In this document: piece after piece, positions 28,732 to 40,587 of the stretch
Numbering within the stretch: the stretch's first letter is position 1
Layout of the letters: each line of letters starts with the position of its first letter
Source: an uncultured Bacilli bacterium
Lineage (GTDB): Bacteria > Bacillota_I > Bacilli_A > RF39 > UBA660
Reading direction: 5' to 3'
Assembly (NCBI GenBank): GCA_947627995.1
Contig: CANQYE010000004.1
Location: forward strand, 1-60,403
DNA: 60,403 bases
Notes under the pieces: generated by a model
Told to the model about the DNA's origin: nothing
The model's input: the letters and a program-made list of their open reading frames with translations, nothing else
The model's database searches: none
Program-made: the position numbers and the translations under genes

Positions 28732-29430
28732 ATGTTTTTAAATTTAATGATTGAAATAGTAAAAAACGCTATGTTTTTTACTGGAAGTTATTCAAATAAC
28801 GTATTTCCCGATACTTTGAGTAGTGAGGAAGAAAGTAAATGTATTGAGCTTATGAATAAAGGAGACCAAAACGCCAGAAATAAATTAATTGAACACAATT
28901 TACGTTTAGTAGCACACATTGTAAAAAAATTTGAAACTAAATATACCGATACAGATGATTTAATAAGTATTGGTACAATTGGACTTATTAAAGGAATAGA
29001 TTCATATTCTACTAATAAAAAAACTAAAATCACTACTTACGCAGCTAGATGTATAGAAAATGAAATTTTAATGTATTTTCGTGCCAACAAGAAAAATAAT
29101 AATAATGTAAGTTTAAATGATTCGATTGGTTATGATAAAGAAGGAAATGAAATAAATTTAATAGATATTTTAAAAGATCAATCTAAAGATATAGCCGAAA
29201 CTTTACATACCAAAAATAATATTGATTTATTAAATCAATATTTAAATAATTTAACAGAACGAGAAAGAGAAATTGTTATAAAACGATACGGTCTTTATAA
29301 CACTAAAGAAATGACGCAAAAAGAAATTGCCAAAGAATTAAATATTTCTAGAAGCTATGTTTCTAGAATTGAAAAAAGAGCTATAACTAAAATTTTAAGA
29401 GAATTTATAAAAAATCAAAATTCATTATAA
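28732..29430 (+). CDS. sigK: sporulation sigma factor pro-sigmaK (uninterrupted)
   Basis: NNVFPDTLS, LIEHNLRLVAHIVKKF, YAARCIENEILMYFR, ISRSYVSRIEKRA; ATG after AGGAGTG. Confidence 0.9.
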   Translation: MFLNLMIEIVKNAMFFTGSYSNNVFPDTLSSEEESKCIELMNKGDQNARNKLIEHNLRLVAHIVKKFETKYTDTDDLISIGTIGLIKGIDSYSTNKKTKITTYAARCIENEILMYFRANKKNNNNVSLNDSIGYDKEGNEINLIDILKDQSKDIAETLHTKNNIDLLNQYLNNLTEREREIVIKRYGLYNTKEMTQKEIAKELNISRSYVSRIEKRAITKILREFIKNQNSL

Positions 29431-29457
29431 AAAAATTCTATTTTAAGCTAGTCAAGA

Positions 29458-29497
29458 AAAAAAGTAGACTGTTACCTTTTAACTCAGTCTACTTTTT
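29458..29497. terminator. bidirectional terminator between sigK and divIVA
   Basis: AAAAAGTAGACTG...CAGTCTACTTTTT. Confidence 0.75.
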
Positions 29498-29523
29498 ATA
29501 AGTATTACTTCATTTAGAATTTT

Positions 29524-29961
29524 TTAATATTTAATATCATCTAAATCATCTAAAGAATTTAGTTGGTCTTCAATTAAAACTTTTAATCTTCTTTTATAAG
29601 ATATAACTCTTCTTTTAAGTTCCTCTGCCTCTGTTTCAACAGATTCAGCTTTTAAAAGCGCCTCATTTACAATTCTCGATGCATTTTTATGAGCATTATC
29701 TATTATATTTTGTCCTTCTTCTCTAGCTATTTTTTTTATTTGCATCGAAGACTCTTCTGCTACAAGCAGTGCTTTATTTAAAGTCTTTTCTAAATTTTGA
29801 TAATATTCTAATTTTTTTTCTTGTTCTTTTAAGGCTTGATCTTTTAGTTTCAATGCATCTAAAAGGCTACTATATTTGATAGTAAATTCTTTAACAAATA
29901 AATTAACTTCATTTTTATCATAACCATTTAGACTTTTACTAAATTTCTCCATGATCTTCAC
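29524..29961 (-). CDS. divIVA: DivIVA-domain protein
   Basis: FSKSLNGYDKNEVNLFV plus coiled coil; downstream of sepF. Confidence 0.85.
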   Translation of the reverse strand: MKIMEKFSKSLNGYDKNEVNLFVKEFTIKYSSLLDALKLKDQALKEQEKKLEYYQNLEKTLNKALLVAEESSMQIKKIAREEGQNIIDNAHKNASRIVNEALLKAESVETEAEELKRRVISYKRRLKVLIEDQLNSLDDLDDIKY

Positions 29962-29973
29962 CTCATAAATTTA

Positions 29974-30378
29974 TTACCACTCTATTTCGTCATCTTCTTG
30001 TTTTGTTTTACCATTTTCTTCAGTTATTTTACCTTGAATATTAACATTTCTAGGTGTACATAAATAAATTCCTGGGCCGATTTTTTGTAAATCTCCCCCA
30101 ATTGCATATACAGTTCCACTTAAAAAATCAATTATTCTTTTTGCTTGATCAGATGTCACTCTTTTTAAATTTACTACAACACTATTTCTATTTTTTAAAT
30201 GATCAGCGATTTGTTGAGATTCAGAATTTGCACGTGGTTCAATTAAAATCATTTTATTACCAGATTTATCAGCTTCTTTCAACGCTTCACTTTCACTTAG
30301 ATTATAAAATTCCTCTTCAGGAGCACTATTATCTTCTTCTTCAGCAAATAATACTTTTTTTAATTTATTAAAAGCCAT
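29974..30378 (-). CDS. sepF: cell division protein SepF
   Basis: [28 protein letters not shown]. Confidence 0.93.
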   Translation of the reverse strand: MAFNKLKKVLFAEEEDNSAPEEEFYNLSESEALKEADKSGNKMILIEPRANSESQQIADHLKNRNSVVVNLKRVTSDQAKRIIDFLSGTVYAIGGDLQKIGPGIYLCTPRNVNIQGKITEENGKTKQEDDEIEW

Positions 30379-30498
30379 ATCACTACCTCCATATTATTTA
30401 GTCTAAATTCATTTTAACAAAAAAAATAAAATATTACAATATTTTATAGTCAATTAATTATAATATTTTATTTTGATTTAGATATTTCTATTCAGTAA

Positions 30499-30720
30499 TT
30501 AATTTAATGCATCTAAAATCGTACTTACTAGGTCAATATTATCAATGAAATCGTTAATTTTATCAGCCGGTTTTAATTTATATAATTCTTTCATTGAATT
30601 TTCAAAAATTTTATAATTTTGCGAATTACGATTTAGTTCTTTATACCAACTAGAATTTTCTCGAAGAAATTTAGCCATTTTAGAGTCGTTTTTTAATTTG
30701 TTTTGAATTATTATTTGCAC
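30499..30720 (-). CDS. ylbE: YlbE-like protein
   Basis: FLRENSSWYKELNRN; follows ylbD. Confidence 0.75.
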   Translation of the reverse strand: MQIIIQNKLKNDSKMAKFLRENSSWYKELNRNSQNYKIFENSMKELYKLKPADKINDFIDNIDLVSTILDALN

Positions 30721-31083
30721 TTAATCCTCAAAAAATTTATTAATTGGTCTAGCTGTTGAAGGCCCTTTTATTGTGTTTGTAATATTATTGGTACTTGAAG
30801 GTTTTGATGTTAATTCTTGGATAACTCCTAAGGCTTTTTGAGCGGTATTTATATGTTTTTGAATAGAATCCATATCAATGTTTTTAATAAATTTCGGAAG
30901 TTCATTTAAACTAGTATTTCTACTTTCTTTAGTTTTAAAAAAAGATTCCCAAGCTTCATTATTTTCACCATATATATCATAAATTTCATAAAATTTTTGC
31001 CAAGTCATTTCTCCATTTTTTATAAAATTAGAAAGTTCAGGGTGCTTACTTGCAAAAATTTTAAATTCTTCTTTTTTATTCAT
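30721..31083 (-). CDS. ylbD: spore coat protein YlbD-like
   Basis: EEFKIFASKHP, TWQKFYEIYDIYGE, IDMDSIQKHI; ATG after AGGTGA. Confidence 0.78.
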   Translation of the reverse strand: MNKKEEFKIFASKHPELSNFIKNGEMTWQKFYEIYDIYGENNEAWESFFKTKESRNTSLNELPKFIKNIDMDSIQKHINTAQKALGVIQELTSKPSSTNNITNTIKGPSTARPINKFFED

Positions 31084-31126
31084 ATGATCACCTATTAAAT
31101 TATATGAAAAAAAATTTAGGTATTTC

Positions 31127-33619
31127 CTAAATTTTGAATTCATTAATAAAATCATCAATAGTTAATTCTTTTATTTCTTCTTTTTTTTCTTGATCATAAA
31201 CTTTTTCGGTATCTTTATTTTTATTAAAATTTAAATATTCTGCAATTTTATAAACATCTAAAATCTTTGTTTTAGAAAAATTACTTCCTGTACTAACTAA
31301 ATCCATGATTGGAATTTCACTATTTTTTATATTTAATAAATCTTTTTCAGTCTTAAGACCAATTAATGTTTTACTATTTGTAATAAATCCAAAAACGATC
31401 TCATAAGTAATTGTTTTAGTTTTTTTGAGCAAAAGATTACCTCTTTTAGCTCTTCCTAAGACATTTAAATCTTCTAATTTAATTCTTTTGGCAGTATTGT
31501 GATTTGTAAAAATATTTAAATAATCATCAGCATTTTTAATTACATCTCCAAAAGCGACCTCATCTTCTTTTAAATTTATGCCTTTAACTCCAGATGCTTT
31601 AGCACCAACAAGTGGCACTTCTTTTGCATCAAATGACAAATAATATCCATTTTTAGTAACAACTATTAATTGATTAGAACAAATTTTTACATTTAAAAGT
31701 TCATCATTTTCTTTTAATTTCATAGCTAATAGAGGTTTTGAATAACGAGAAACAACAAAATCTTCAAGCATACACCTTTTAACCATACCATTTTTAGTAA
31801 AGAAAATTATTTGCTCTTTTTTATCTTTTAAAACAATTGATGAAATGATTTTTTCGTTAGGTGATAGCATAATTATATTACTAATATGTTTTCCTAAGTC
31901 TTTCCATTTTCCTTCACCGATTTTGTAAACAGGAACATATAAATAATTTCCTAAATTTGTAAATAATAAAATAACATCTAAAGTATTAACTTCAAATATA
32001 TGTTTTACATAATCACCTGGTTTAACAGTAGTTTCCTCGTTAGAAGTTGAATATGATTTTAAATTAACTCTTTTAACATAACCCTCATTTGTAATAACAA
32101 CAATACATTTTTCCTTTGGAATCATTGCTTCCATATCTATTTTGATATCATCTATTTCATCTTGGATTATAGTTTTTCGTTCAGTTGCATATTCTTTTCT
32201 TACCATTTTAAGCTCTTTTTTCATCACATATTTTAATGCTTGTTCATCACTTAAAATAGCTTTTAATCCTTCGATCATTCTTTTTAAATTGGCCATTTCT
32301 TCTTCAAGTGCAACAACATCGGTATTAGTCAAACGATATAATTGTAAAATAACAATTGCTTCTGCTTGGTCTATGGTAAAGTTAAATTCTTGAACTAAAT
32401 TATCTTTAGCATCACTTTTATTTTTACTAGCACGAATTACTTTAATAACTTCATCTAAGATTGATAAACATTTTATTAATCCTTCAACTATATGCATTCT
32501 TTTTTCATAATTTGCTAAATCAAATTTACTACGGCGAATAATTACATCTCTAAAATGATTTATATAAGCATCTAAAACTTCTAGCAAACCTAAAGTTTTT
32601 GGTACTCTATTAACAATAGTTACCATATTATAATTATAATTAATTTGTAAATCTGTATTTTTAATTAAATAATTTAAAATTAATTCACTATTGGCATTAT
32701 TTTTCAAATCAATTACAATTCTAAGACCTTCTCGATCTGATTCATCCCTTACTTCCATAATACCTTCGATTTTTTTATTAATTCTAATATCTTCAATTTT
32801 CATAACTAATAATGATTTATTTACTTCAAAAGGTATTTCAGTAATAATAATTTTTTCTCTTCCTTTTTCTTTAATTATTGAATATTTTGACTTAATTACC
32901 ACTTTTCCTTTACCGGTTTTAAAAGCTTCTTTAATTCCATCTATCCCACAAGCAATTCCGCCAGTAGGAAAATCAGGACCTTTAACGATTTCTAAAATGG
33001 TATCTAAATGACAATTTGGTGAATCAATCCTTTTTATAGTAGCATCAATAACTTCCCCCAAATTATGTGGGGGTATATTAGTTGCATAACCAGCACTAAT
33101 TCCCATAGCACCATTTACAAGTAAATTTGGAAATTTTGCTGGCAAGACAGTTGGTTCTAATAATCTATCATCAAAATTTGGAGCAAACTCAACAGTATTT
33201 TTTTCTAAGTTTGCTAAAAGTTCATTACTGATTTTCGAAAGTCTTGCCTCAGTATAACGATAAGCTGCAGGAGGATCACCATCCATTGATCCATTATTAC
33301 CTTTCATATCAATTAAAATACAATTTTGTTTCCACCATTGGCTCATTCGAACCATAGCATCATAAACTGAAGAATCACCATGCGGATGATATTTACCTAA
33401 AACATCTCCAACAGTTGCAGCACTTTTAAGATATTTTTTGTCATGCGTGTTATTAGCTTTATACATTGCATATAAAATTCTTCTTTGAACTGGCTTTAAA
33501 CCATCGCGAACATCTGGGATAGCTCTATCTTGAATAATTTCTTTTGCATAAGACTCAAAACGTTCACTCATAATTTCTTCTAAAGCATAATCTTCTATTT
33601 TTTTTAATATCTCTTGCAT
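31127..33619 (-). CDS. parC: DNA topoisomerase IV subunit A
   Basis: [38 protein letters not shown]. Confidence 0.93.
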   Translation of the reverse strand: MQEILKKIEDYALEEIMSERFESYAKEIIQDRAIPDVRDGLKPVQRRILYAMYKANNTHDKKYLKSAATVGDVLGKYHPHGDSSVYDAMVRMSQWWKQNCILIDMKGNNGSMDGDPPAAYRYTEARLSKISNELLANLEKNTVEFAPNFDDRLLEPTVLPAKFPNLLVNGAMGISAGYATNIPPHNLGEVIDATIKRIDSPNCHLDTILEIVKGPDFPTGGIACGIDGIKEAFKTGKGKVVIKSKYSIIKEKGREKIIITEIPFEVNKSLLVMKIEDIRINKKIEGIMEVRDESDREGLRIVIDLKNNANSELILNYLIKNTDLQINYNYNMVTIVNRVPKTLGLLEVLDAYINHFRDVIIRRSKFDLANYEKRMHIVEGLIKCLSILDEVIKVIRASKNKSDAKDNLVQEFNFTIDQAEAIVILQLYRLTNTDVVALEEEMANLKRMIEGLKAILSDEQALKYVMKKELKMVRKEYATERKTIIQDEIDDIKIDMEAMIPKEKCIVVITNEGYVKRVNLKSYSTSNEETTVKPGDYVKHIFEVNTLDVILLFTNLGNYLYVPVYKIGEGKWKDLGKHISNIIMLSPNEKIISSIVLKDKKEQIIFFTKNGMVKRCMLEDFVVSRYSKPLLAMKLKENDELLNVKICSNQLIVVTKNGYYLSFDAKEVPLVGAKASGVKGINLKEDEVAFGDVIKNADDYLNIFTNHNTAKRIKLEDLNVLGRAKRGNLLLKKTKTITYEIVFGFITNSKTLIGLKTEKDLLNIKNSEIPIMDLVSTGSNFSKTKILDVYKIAEYLNFNKNKDTEKVYDQEKKEEIKELTIDDFINEFKI

Positions 33620-33633
33620 TATTTCACCATTTT

Positions 33634-35541
33634 CTAATCAATTCGATAATTATCTTCCATAGTAAATTCAATATTTTCTTCTATCCACTCTTTTCGTGGT
33701 TCAACTTTATCGCCCATTAATATACTAACTCTTTTTTCTGCTAAGGAAGCATCATAAATATTTACTCTAATTAAACTTCTAGTTTCAGGATTCATTGTGG
33801 TTTGCCAAAGTTCATCTGGATTCATTTCTCCTAAACCTTTATTTCGAGAAATATCTGGTTTACCTTGATTTTGAGAAACAATTTTAAAGCGTTCATCATC
33901 ACTATAAGCATAAAAATGTTTCTTACCATATTCTATTTTGTATAAAGGCGGTTTTGCTATATATAGTTTTCCAGCTTCAATTAATGGACGCATATATCGA
34001 TAAAAAAATGTTAATAAAAGAATTTGAATGTGAGAACCATCAACATCTGCATCTGTCATTATTATAACTTTATCATAATTAGACTCAGAAACATCAAAAT
34101 CTTGGCCTAAGCCAGCGCCGATTGTATGAATAATCGTATTTATTTCTTCATTTTTTAGAATATCATTCAAACTAGATTTCTCTGCATTAATAACTTTTCC
34201 ACGAAGTGGAAGAATTGCTTGATATTTACGATCACGTCCACCTTTAGCTGAACCACCAGCACTATCACCTTCAACTAAAAATAGCTCATTAATTTTTGGA
34301 TTCTTACTCGTTGCAGGTGATAACTTCCCAGATAAATTTTTTTCAATCGCTTTTTTTCCTTTACCATTTCGAGCTTCTTCACGGGCTTTACGGGCTGCTT
34401 CACGTGCTACTTTACTTTTCATAATTTTATCCATTAAAGTAGTAGCAGTTTCTTTATTTTCCTCTAGAAAAAATTGCAAATTTTCTGTTACGATATTTTC
34501 CACTACTGTTCTAGCAATAGGAGTTCCTAATTTACCTTTTGTTTGTCCTTCAAATTGTAACAAAGCTTCTGGAATTTTAAGATTAATTATTGCACTTAAT
34601 CCTTCTCTAGTATCACTACCCTCTAAATTTTTATCTTTTGCCTTTAAAAAACCATTTGATTTAGCATAATCATTAAAAACTCTAGTAAGAGCTGTTTTAA
34701 ATCCAACCTCATGAGTACCACCATCAATCGTTTTAACATTATTAACAAAAGAAATTATACTTTCTGAATAATTATCTGTATATTGGAAAGCAATTTCTAC
34801 ATCAATTTTATCTTTAGAACCTTTAAATAAAATAATATCATGTAAAGTTTTTTTATCTTCATTAATAAATTCAATAAAAGATTTCATTCCATTTTCAAAA
34901 TGAAATTTTTCTGTTTTTTGATCTTCTTCATCAATAACTTCGATAGTTAAACCACTTAATAAAAATGCACTTTCTCGCATTCTTTCACATACAGTTGTAA
35001 AAGAAAAATGAGTAGTTGAAAAAATTGTATCATCAGGCATAAATCTTACTTTAGTTCCGGTCTTATTTGTTTTATCTAATTTTTTTAATGGTGTATCAAC
35101 TTTTCCACCATCTTTAAAAGAAATATAATGTTCATATCCATCTTTTTTTATATAAACTTCCATCCATTTTGATAAAGCATTTACTACACTAGCTCCAACA
35201 CCATGTAATCCACCTGATACCTTATACCCACTTGTCTCAAATTTACCCCCAGCATGTAAAATAGTATATACGACTTCTGGCGTAGTTTTTCCACTAGCAT
35301 GCATCCCAACTGGAACCCCACGTCCTTCGTCTTCAATTGTTACAGAGTGATCTTTATGTAAAATAATTCTAATTTTATTACCATATCCATTAATTATTTC
35401 ATCAATTGCATTATCAACTATCTCCCAGATTAAATGATGCAATCCTCTTTTATCGGTAGAACCAATATACATTCCTGGTCTTTTACGAACAGCATCTAAT
35501 CCTTCTAATATTTTAATCGAGCTTTCATCATAGTTTGCCAT
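33634..35541 (-). CDS. parE: DNA topoisomerase IV subunit B
   Basis: [44 protein letters not shown]; start MANYDE after GGTGA. Confidence 0.93.
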   Translation of the reverse strand: MANYDESSIKILEGLDAVRKRPGMYIGSTDKRGLHHLIWEIVDNAIDEIINGYGNKIRIILHKDHSVTIEDEGRGVPVGMHASGKTTPEVVYTILHAGGKFETSGYKVSGGLHGVGASVVNALSKWMEVYIKKDGYEHYISFKDGGKVDTPLKKLDKTNKTGTKVRFMPDDTIFSTTHFSFTTVCERMRESAFLLSGLTIEVIDEEDQKTEKFHFENGMKSFIEFINEDKKTLHDIILFKGSKDKIDVEIAFQYTDNYSESIISFVNNVKTIDGGTHEVGFKTALTRVFNDYAKSNGFLKAKDKNLEGSDTREGLSAIINLKIPEALLQFEGQTKGKLGTPIARTVVENIVTENLQFFLEENKETATTLMDKIMKSKVAREAARKAREEARNGKGKKAIEKNLSGKLSPATSKNPKINELFLVEGDSAGGSAKGGRDRKYQAILPLRGKVINAEKSSLNDILKNEEINTIIHTIGAGLGQDFDVSESNYDKVIIMTDADVDGSHIQILLLTFFYRYMRPLIEAGKLYIAKPPLYKIEYGKKHFYAYSDDERFKIVSQNQGKPDISRNKGLGEMNPDELWQTTMNPETRSLIRVNIYDASLAEKRVSILMGDKVEPRKEWIEENIEFTMEDNYRID

Positions 35542-35583
35542 ATTATCACCATAAATATTGTATAACATTTTTAAACAAATAAA

Positions 35584-35619
35584 AAGTCTATTTGACAATT
35601 TCTATTGTCAAATAGACTT
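35584..35619 (-). terminator. 16-bp-stem hairpin upstream of parE
   Basis: AAGTCTATTTGACAAT-TTCT-ATTGTCAAATAGACTT. Confidence 0.7.
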
Positions 35620-35625
35620 CCATTT

Positions 35626-37119
35626 TTAGGAAGTACATGTTATTTTTATTTTTTTAAAATTATCAGTATAACTTAATGGAGTACCAGCAGGACATAAATG
35701 TATATAATAAGTTGTTGTCGTCCCTGGTTTGCACTCTACATCAAGTAAATAACGTTCACTTGAAGTCGTGCTGCCTGAATAACAAGCTCGTGTATTTACA
35801 CTAGTAGATATACTATTAATATAATAGCCTTCCATCGTATGATAAAAGAAAAGATGTAAGTATTGATGACTAGTATTAGGTATTTTATACGTCAAAGTCC
35901 ATGGGTCACTGGTATAGTTTTGTGCTGTTATTGTCCCAGTATATGATGTCGCTGCAGCGGGTTCAATTCTTAAAATATCATCATTTATCTTTGTTTTATA
36001 TATTATTATATAAGTAGTAGAATTTGATCCTCTTGAAACTGTAATAGTAAATTTTAAAACTCCATTTACTGAGTTTCCACTAGCTACGAGTGCTCCTGTA
36101 CTTTGAGAACAACTAGTACTATCATTCACACAAATCTTTACCGTAGCGACAGAATCAGTTGCTGTAGCTCTAAACACACCTCCTACACTATTTAAACCAG
36201 TATAAATCTTTTCGTATGTAAGTTTAGAAGGTGAAAAATCAATTGGATCAGAACTTAAATCTGTAGAAGTCGGGTATGTAATAGACTTTAATGTTGTATC
36301 ATATGGTGCAGATTTTACTACAATAGTGTATTCTCTGGATGAATCATTTTCTTTTGTAACAGTAATTGTCAAACTTAAAGAAGTGTTTCCCATAAAAGCA
36401 TTTCCAAGAGTAGCAGAACCTGTTCCAGAATTACATGTTGTCGTTCCAGTCCAACATATTTTTACTGTAGCATTTGGATCTAGTGACTTAGCCGTTAATG
36501 TCAGACCACCATCTGTAGTACTAGCAGTATAATTATATGTTCCTGGTTTAAAGTCAATACTAAAACCAGTCGCAGTAGAAGTTATACTGCTTAAATTCGT
36601 CTCATTTATACCTGTCGTAATCTCTACATAACCAGAAGGTATTTCAATTTTAGAATAGTCATTATTTGTATATCCTCCAACTACTTTAAATACTTCATTT
36701 GTTTGATTATTAAAAGAACAGTCATTAATGTAAATTATTATTTGTTTAGTCTCACCGGCTTTTATCGTACCATAGGTTTGATTTCCAACAAGTTTTGAAT
36801 AATATACACCTATAGCATTTTTAGCATTAGAAAGCGCTACCAACTTATATTTGGTATCTATTTTATTATTAGAGGTAATAGTCAAAGTTACTCTCTCACT
36901 ATGAGCAACTATCTCTTTATTCTGTATTGTATAACTTAAATTTGCTACATCAATATTGGCAATATCACTTGATGATGAATTTTCAAAAATAGAATAAGTA
37001 ATAAAAATGCCTAAACTTAAAAATATAAACAAAAAAATAGCTAAAAAGATAACTCTTTTAGTTTTTTGTTCTTTTGTCAAAAACTTTGTAAGTTTTAATT
37101 TATTACTCTTCTTCCCCAT
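35626..37119 (-). CDS. Thr/Ser-rich exported protein with two cadherin-like beta-sandwich repeats
   Basis: N-terminal TM ending TYSIF; L-x-SIT...DF-x-P...Y...ATVKIC...ITV...Y-x-I unit twice. Confidence 0.7.
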   Translation of the reverse strand: MGKKSNKLKLTKFLTKEQKTKRVIFLAIFLFIFLSLGIFITYSIFENSSSSDIANIDVANLSYTIQNKEIVAHSERVTLTITSNNKIDTKYKLVALSNAKNAIGVYYSKLVGNQTYGTIKAGETKQIIIYINDCSFNNQTNEVFKVVGGYTNNDYSKIEIPSGYVEITTGINETNLSSITSTATGFSIDFKPGTYNYTASTTDGGLTLTAKSLDPNATVKICWTGTTTCNSGTGSATLGNAFMGNTSLSLTITVTKENDSSREYTIVVKSAPYDTTLKSITYPTSTDLSSDPIDFSPSKLTYEKIYTGLNSVGGVFRATATDSVATVKICVNDSTSCSQSTGALVASGNSVNGVLKFTITVSRGSNSTTYIIIYKTKINDDILRIEPAAATSYTGTITAQNYTSDPWTLTYKIPNTSHQYLHLFFYHTMEGYYINSISTSVNTRACYSGSTTSSERYLLDVECKPGTTTTYYIHLCPAGTPLSYTDNFKKIKITCTS

Positions 37120-37208
37120 AATTTAATCCTCACTATTATATTTTTATATTACAACTTAATAATACTTTTTGTCAATCAAATTAAAAAAAGCTGTATACAG
37201 CTTTTAAT

Positions 37209-37982
37209 TTAATATGGATTTTGATTGTTATTTTGATTATTCGAATCTTCGTTTAGTTTTGGTAAATCAAAAGCAGGATTAACATTATTTACAGGTTGAT
37301 TATTTATTGGAGTTTGAGCTGTATTTTGTGTTTGATTACCAACAAAAACCGAACTAAATTGATCTGGTCTTGATACATCATTTATTTGCGAATTATTTAT
37401 TTGATTCATTTTATTTTGATCAATTACTTCTTCATCTCGAACAAATCCTTGATTTTGAATTGGTTTATTCATATCAGGAATAATTGGTTCAGGATTTACT
37501 GAAACTTCTTGATTTTCTGTTACTATAGGTAAATCATTATTAATACTATTCATACTATTCACATTATTCATACTATTAATATTATTCGTATTAGAAACAT
37601 TATTATCAAAAGCTTGTGTATCAAATAAATTTTGATTAAGTCCATTATTGATATTAGTACTTTCTAATATATTATCTTCTACTGGAGGGATTACAAATGC
37701 ATCACCTGTAGTTTCAGAATTAATATTATTATTTCCAATAGGACTTGATTCGATAGTATTAATTTCATTAACTGGAATATTTACAGAATCATTAATTGGT
37801 TCAGTATTTAAAGGTTCAGTATTTGTTTGACCCATATCATTTAAATTATCTTCTTTTTTATTTTTATTTTTCTTTTTACCACCTAATAATAAAATTAAAA
37901 ATATAACAGATAAAATTGCAATTAAAATAAATAAACCAATAGTAAAGTATTCGCTATTATAAATTTGCATAATTTTGTCCAT
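37209..37982 (-). CDS. membrane-anchored Asn/Pro-rich low-complexity protein
   Basis: Single N-terminal TM, long disordered tail, QFSSVFV motif. Confidence 0.75.
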   Translation of the reverse strand: MDKIMQIYNSEYFTIGLFILIAILSVIFLILLLGGKKKNKNKKEDNLNDMGQTNTEPLNTEPINDSVNIPVNEINTIESSPIGNNNINSETTGDAFVIPPVEDNILESTNINNGLNQNLFDTQAFDNNVSNTNNINSMNNVNSMNSINNDLPIVTENQEVSVNPEPIIPDMNKPIQNQGFVRDEEVIDQNKMNQINNSQINDVSRPDQFSSVFVGNQTQNTAQTPINNQPVNNVNPAFDLPKLNEDSNNQNNNQNPY

Positions 37983-38046
37983 CTTTTCACCACCTTCATA
38001 TTCTAATAATAGAATAACATAATAAAAAAATTAAAGCAATAATTTT

Positions 38047-38262
38047 TTACATATACTTATTCATTTGATTCATCATTTGATTAACTTGTTTTTGTGATGG
38101 TTTTCTACCCATACTACTCATTAAAGCTCGAATCATTTTTTCATTCAATGGTGGATTTTCTTTTAAATATTTCTTAGTGTATTTACGGGAAATTAAAAAA
38201 CCAAGTATAATTCCTACTACTAGTCCAATTATAATATATAATATATCTAAAAAAATACTCAT
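38047..38262 (-). CDS. yneF: YneF-family protein
   Basis: YLKENPPLNEKMIR...MGRKPSQK. Confidence 0.9.
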   Translation of the reverse strand: MSIFLDILYIIIGLVVGIILGFLISRKYTKKYLKENPPLNEKMIRALMSSMGRKPSQKQVNQMMNQMNKYM

Positions 38263-38319
38263 TTATATCATCCTTTCTGTTTTATATTTTACTAAAATAA
38301 TATGAAAAACTCAAGGTTT

Positions 38320-38736
38320 TTAAACTCTTATTTCTTTTAACCAAAAATAATCTTGATTTTTGAAGTCACAAACAAATAAATTATTTTGTTTAGTTAAAAT
38401 TTTAAAATAAGTTGGAACATAATTTGTTGAAGTCAAAATTAAATGAGAATTTTTTATAGTTAAACGAGATTTTTCATCAGTATAATAATTGTTTATCATA
38501 TGTGTGTTATTAAATTTTGTGTAGTTTTCATCATTTTTAAACTCATTAAATATTTCAATATTTAATTCTCTTTTATTTATTGGCACAGCGATAGTTTCAA
38601 ACATTTTAAATGCTGTTTGTAAATCGCTTTTGTTTAAATAATAAATTTGTTCTAAAGTTTTAAATAAATTATAAGGGCTGTTCTTTAAAAGATTAGAAAA
38701 TTCTTTATTAATTTTAAAAATATAAAAAGTTCGCAT
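38320..38736 (-). CDS. sirA: sporulation inhibitor of replication SirA
   Basis: MRTFYIFKINKEF and FVCDFKNQDYFWL; upstream of yneF as in Bacillus. Confidence 0.8.
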   Translation of the reverse strand: MRTFYIFKINKEFSNLLKNSPYNLFKTLEQIYYLNKSDLQTAFKMFETIAVPINKRELNIEIFNEFKNDENYTKFNNTHMINNYYTDEKSRLTIKNSHLILTSTNYVPTYFKILTKQNNLFVCDFKNQDYFWLKEIRV

Positions 38737-38775
38737 TATTATCACCAATTTTATAATAACAACTATCAAAATAAA

Positions 38776-38810
38776 AAAATGTCGAATAAAACAATTATTT
38801 TCGACATTTT
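38776..38810. promoter_or_regulatory. inverted pair of Spo0A boxes forming a hairpin upstream of sirA
   Basis: TGTCGAA at 38780-38786 and TTCGACA at 38800-38806. Confidence 0.65.
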
Positions 38811-39264
38811 ATAAATACTTTTTAAATTCTTCTAAATTATGTTTTTCCATTTCTAATAACTTATTAGCTAATTCTATTACTTCTCCATCGCAATTATTAT
38901 AATCATTTAATTTTTCATTAATTTGAATTATTCCTTTATTAGAACCTTCCATCATCATTTTAGCTATGGTATGAATTTTATCACACTCATTTGTTTTATT
39001 TTTAATTTTCATATTAATCATCATATATGTAGAAATTTTTGACATTGTACTGATGTCTTTTTCTACTTTATTATATTTTATAAATAGTTCTGTAGTTTCT
39101 TTTACTATCTTTTCATATTCAGCTAATTGTTTTTTTAAAACTTTTAAAATATCTTCTGGCATTTCTTTTTCAATTAATTTATTAATACTTACTATTCCCA
39201 TTCTGGCATTTTGATATATATAATTTAAAAACTCTATACTTTGTGCATCACTATACTCATTCAT
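38809..39264 (-). CDS. ferritin-like four-helix hypothetical protein
   Basis: LNYIYQNARMG, IAKMMMEGSNKG, EKHNLEEFKKYL; start MNEYS. Confidence 0.7.
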   Translation of the reverse strand: MNEYSDAQSIEFLNYIYQNARMGIVSINKLIEKEMPEDILKVLKKQLAEYEKIVKETTELFIKYNKVEKDISTMSKISTYMMINMKIKNKTNECDKIHTIAKMMMEGSNKGIIQINEKLNDYNNCDGEVIELANKLLEMEKHNLEEFKKYL

Positions 39265-39430
39265 CCTTCGTTGCTCCTTTAAATTTAATTTCACTATAAT
39301 TACTATTTTTATTTTTAAAATTATAAGGATATTTGAAATCAAGCCCATAATCGTTAACAAAATCGTAAATTTTTCTATTTGTGTTATTCAAATCCCCTAA
39401 ATTAATTCCTTTATAACAAATATGATTCAT
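39257..39430 (-). CDS. small hypothetical protein
   Basis: ATG after AGGTGA; overlaps the next gene start. Confidence 0.5.
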   Translation of the reverse strand: MNHICYKGINLGDLNNTNRKIYDFVNDYGLDFKYPYNFKNKNSNYSEIKFKGATKDE

Positions 39431-39465
39431 AATAATCACCTATTATTATATTGCCCTAAATTTTA

Positions 39466-40521
39466 TTATTTATTCCCTTTCTTTTTTTTAGTTTTTTTAG
39501 AAAGAAATAATATAATAAATATTCCGCTTAAAAGAATTAAAAATCCTAAATATAAATAAACTTCATTTTTAATTTTTCCCTCTTTTAAATTTTGCTGATT
39601 TTCTATCTTTATATTTATAATTTCTTTAGTATTAACTACTTCAAAAGTTTGTTTATTATCATTTAAAATATAACCATCAATTGTTGAAACTTCTTTAATA
39701 TAATATTTTCCTATAGGCAATTTTTCTACTATATGAGCATCATTTTCAGTAATAAAAGAATCGACTAAATGATTTTTAAAATCATAGATTTCTAATTTTA
39801 TACCACTTAACTTTTTAGACGTATTTGCATCGATAACATTAATAGCTACCTTTGTAAAATCTTTCTTATAATTTATAATAATTGTCTTCCCATTATCTGA
39901 TTCATTTAAACTAAATGTTTTTATTTCATTGTTTAAATATCCAGTTGGAATTTTTGTTTCTACTATCTTATAATTACCATTTGATAGATTTTGAAATATA
40001 CAAGGAGTTAAGTTATTAGTAGTACATTTATCAATTACCTCATCTTCTTCATTTCTTATTTCTAAAACATTGTCTTTTATTAATTCATTAGTAGACGTAT
40101 CTTGAACATATATTAAAACTTTTTTATTCTCACTTTTAGTATTAAGATATTGGAAATTTTGGATTTCTTTATTATCTTCTATATTAATTTCCATATCTTT
40201 ACCAATAGCATAATTATCAGGCGTCTCGTAATTTTTTAATATATAACTTCCCGGCTTAATATCATCAAATTCTATATAGCCTTTATTTATTCCTAAAGAA
40301 AAATATTTAATCGGCTCTTTATTTTCTTTATCAACAAGAACAAATTTAGAGTCGTTAACACTACTAGTTTCATTATCTGTTTCATCTAAATTATAAAATC
40401 TTACTTTTATCCCAGTAGTTTCTGATATTGCATAGCTACTATTAGTAATAATAATTGTTCCAATAATAATTGTTATGCCAAGTAAACATAACAAAATCCC
40501 CAACATTTTATTTTTCGTCAT
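39466..40521 (-). CDS. surface protein with three SpaA/prealbumin-like (CnaB-type) domains
   Basis: PGSYILKNYETPDNY, GNYKIVETKIPTGY, GKYYIKEVSTIDGY; signal peptide; C-terminal TM plus basic tail. Confidence 0.82.
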   Translation of the reverse strand: MTKNKMLGILLCLLGITIIIGTIIITNSSYAISETTGIKVRFYNLDETDNETSSVNDSKFVLVDKENKEPIKYFSLGINKGYIEFDDIKPGSYILKNYETPDNYAIGKDMEINIEDNKEIQNFQYLNTKSENKKVLIYVQDTSTNELIKDNVLEIRNEEDEVIDKCTTNNLTPCIFQNLSNGNYKIVETKIPTGYLNNEIKTFSLNESDNGKTIIINYKKDFTKVAINVIDANTSKKLSGIKLEIYDFKNHLVDSFITENDAHIVEKLPIGKYYIKEVSTIDGYILNDNKQTFEVVNTKEIINIKIENQQNLKEGKIKNEVYLYLGFLILLSGIFIILFLSKKTKKKKGNK

Positions 40522-40587
40522 TTACATCTACTTCCCTTATTTTTATTATTGGCAATTATTAAATGTTTATGTAAAAAAAAAGATCAA

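Noticed and set aside
28732-29430. skin-type element interrupting sigK
   Set aside because: The ORF is continuous through regions 2-4.
31127-35541. gyrA/gyrB assignment
   Set aside because: N-terminal IIQDRA and C-terminal [12 protein letters not shown] signatures, and the location near yneF/sirA, fit parC/parE.
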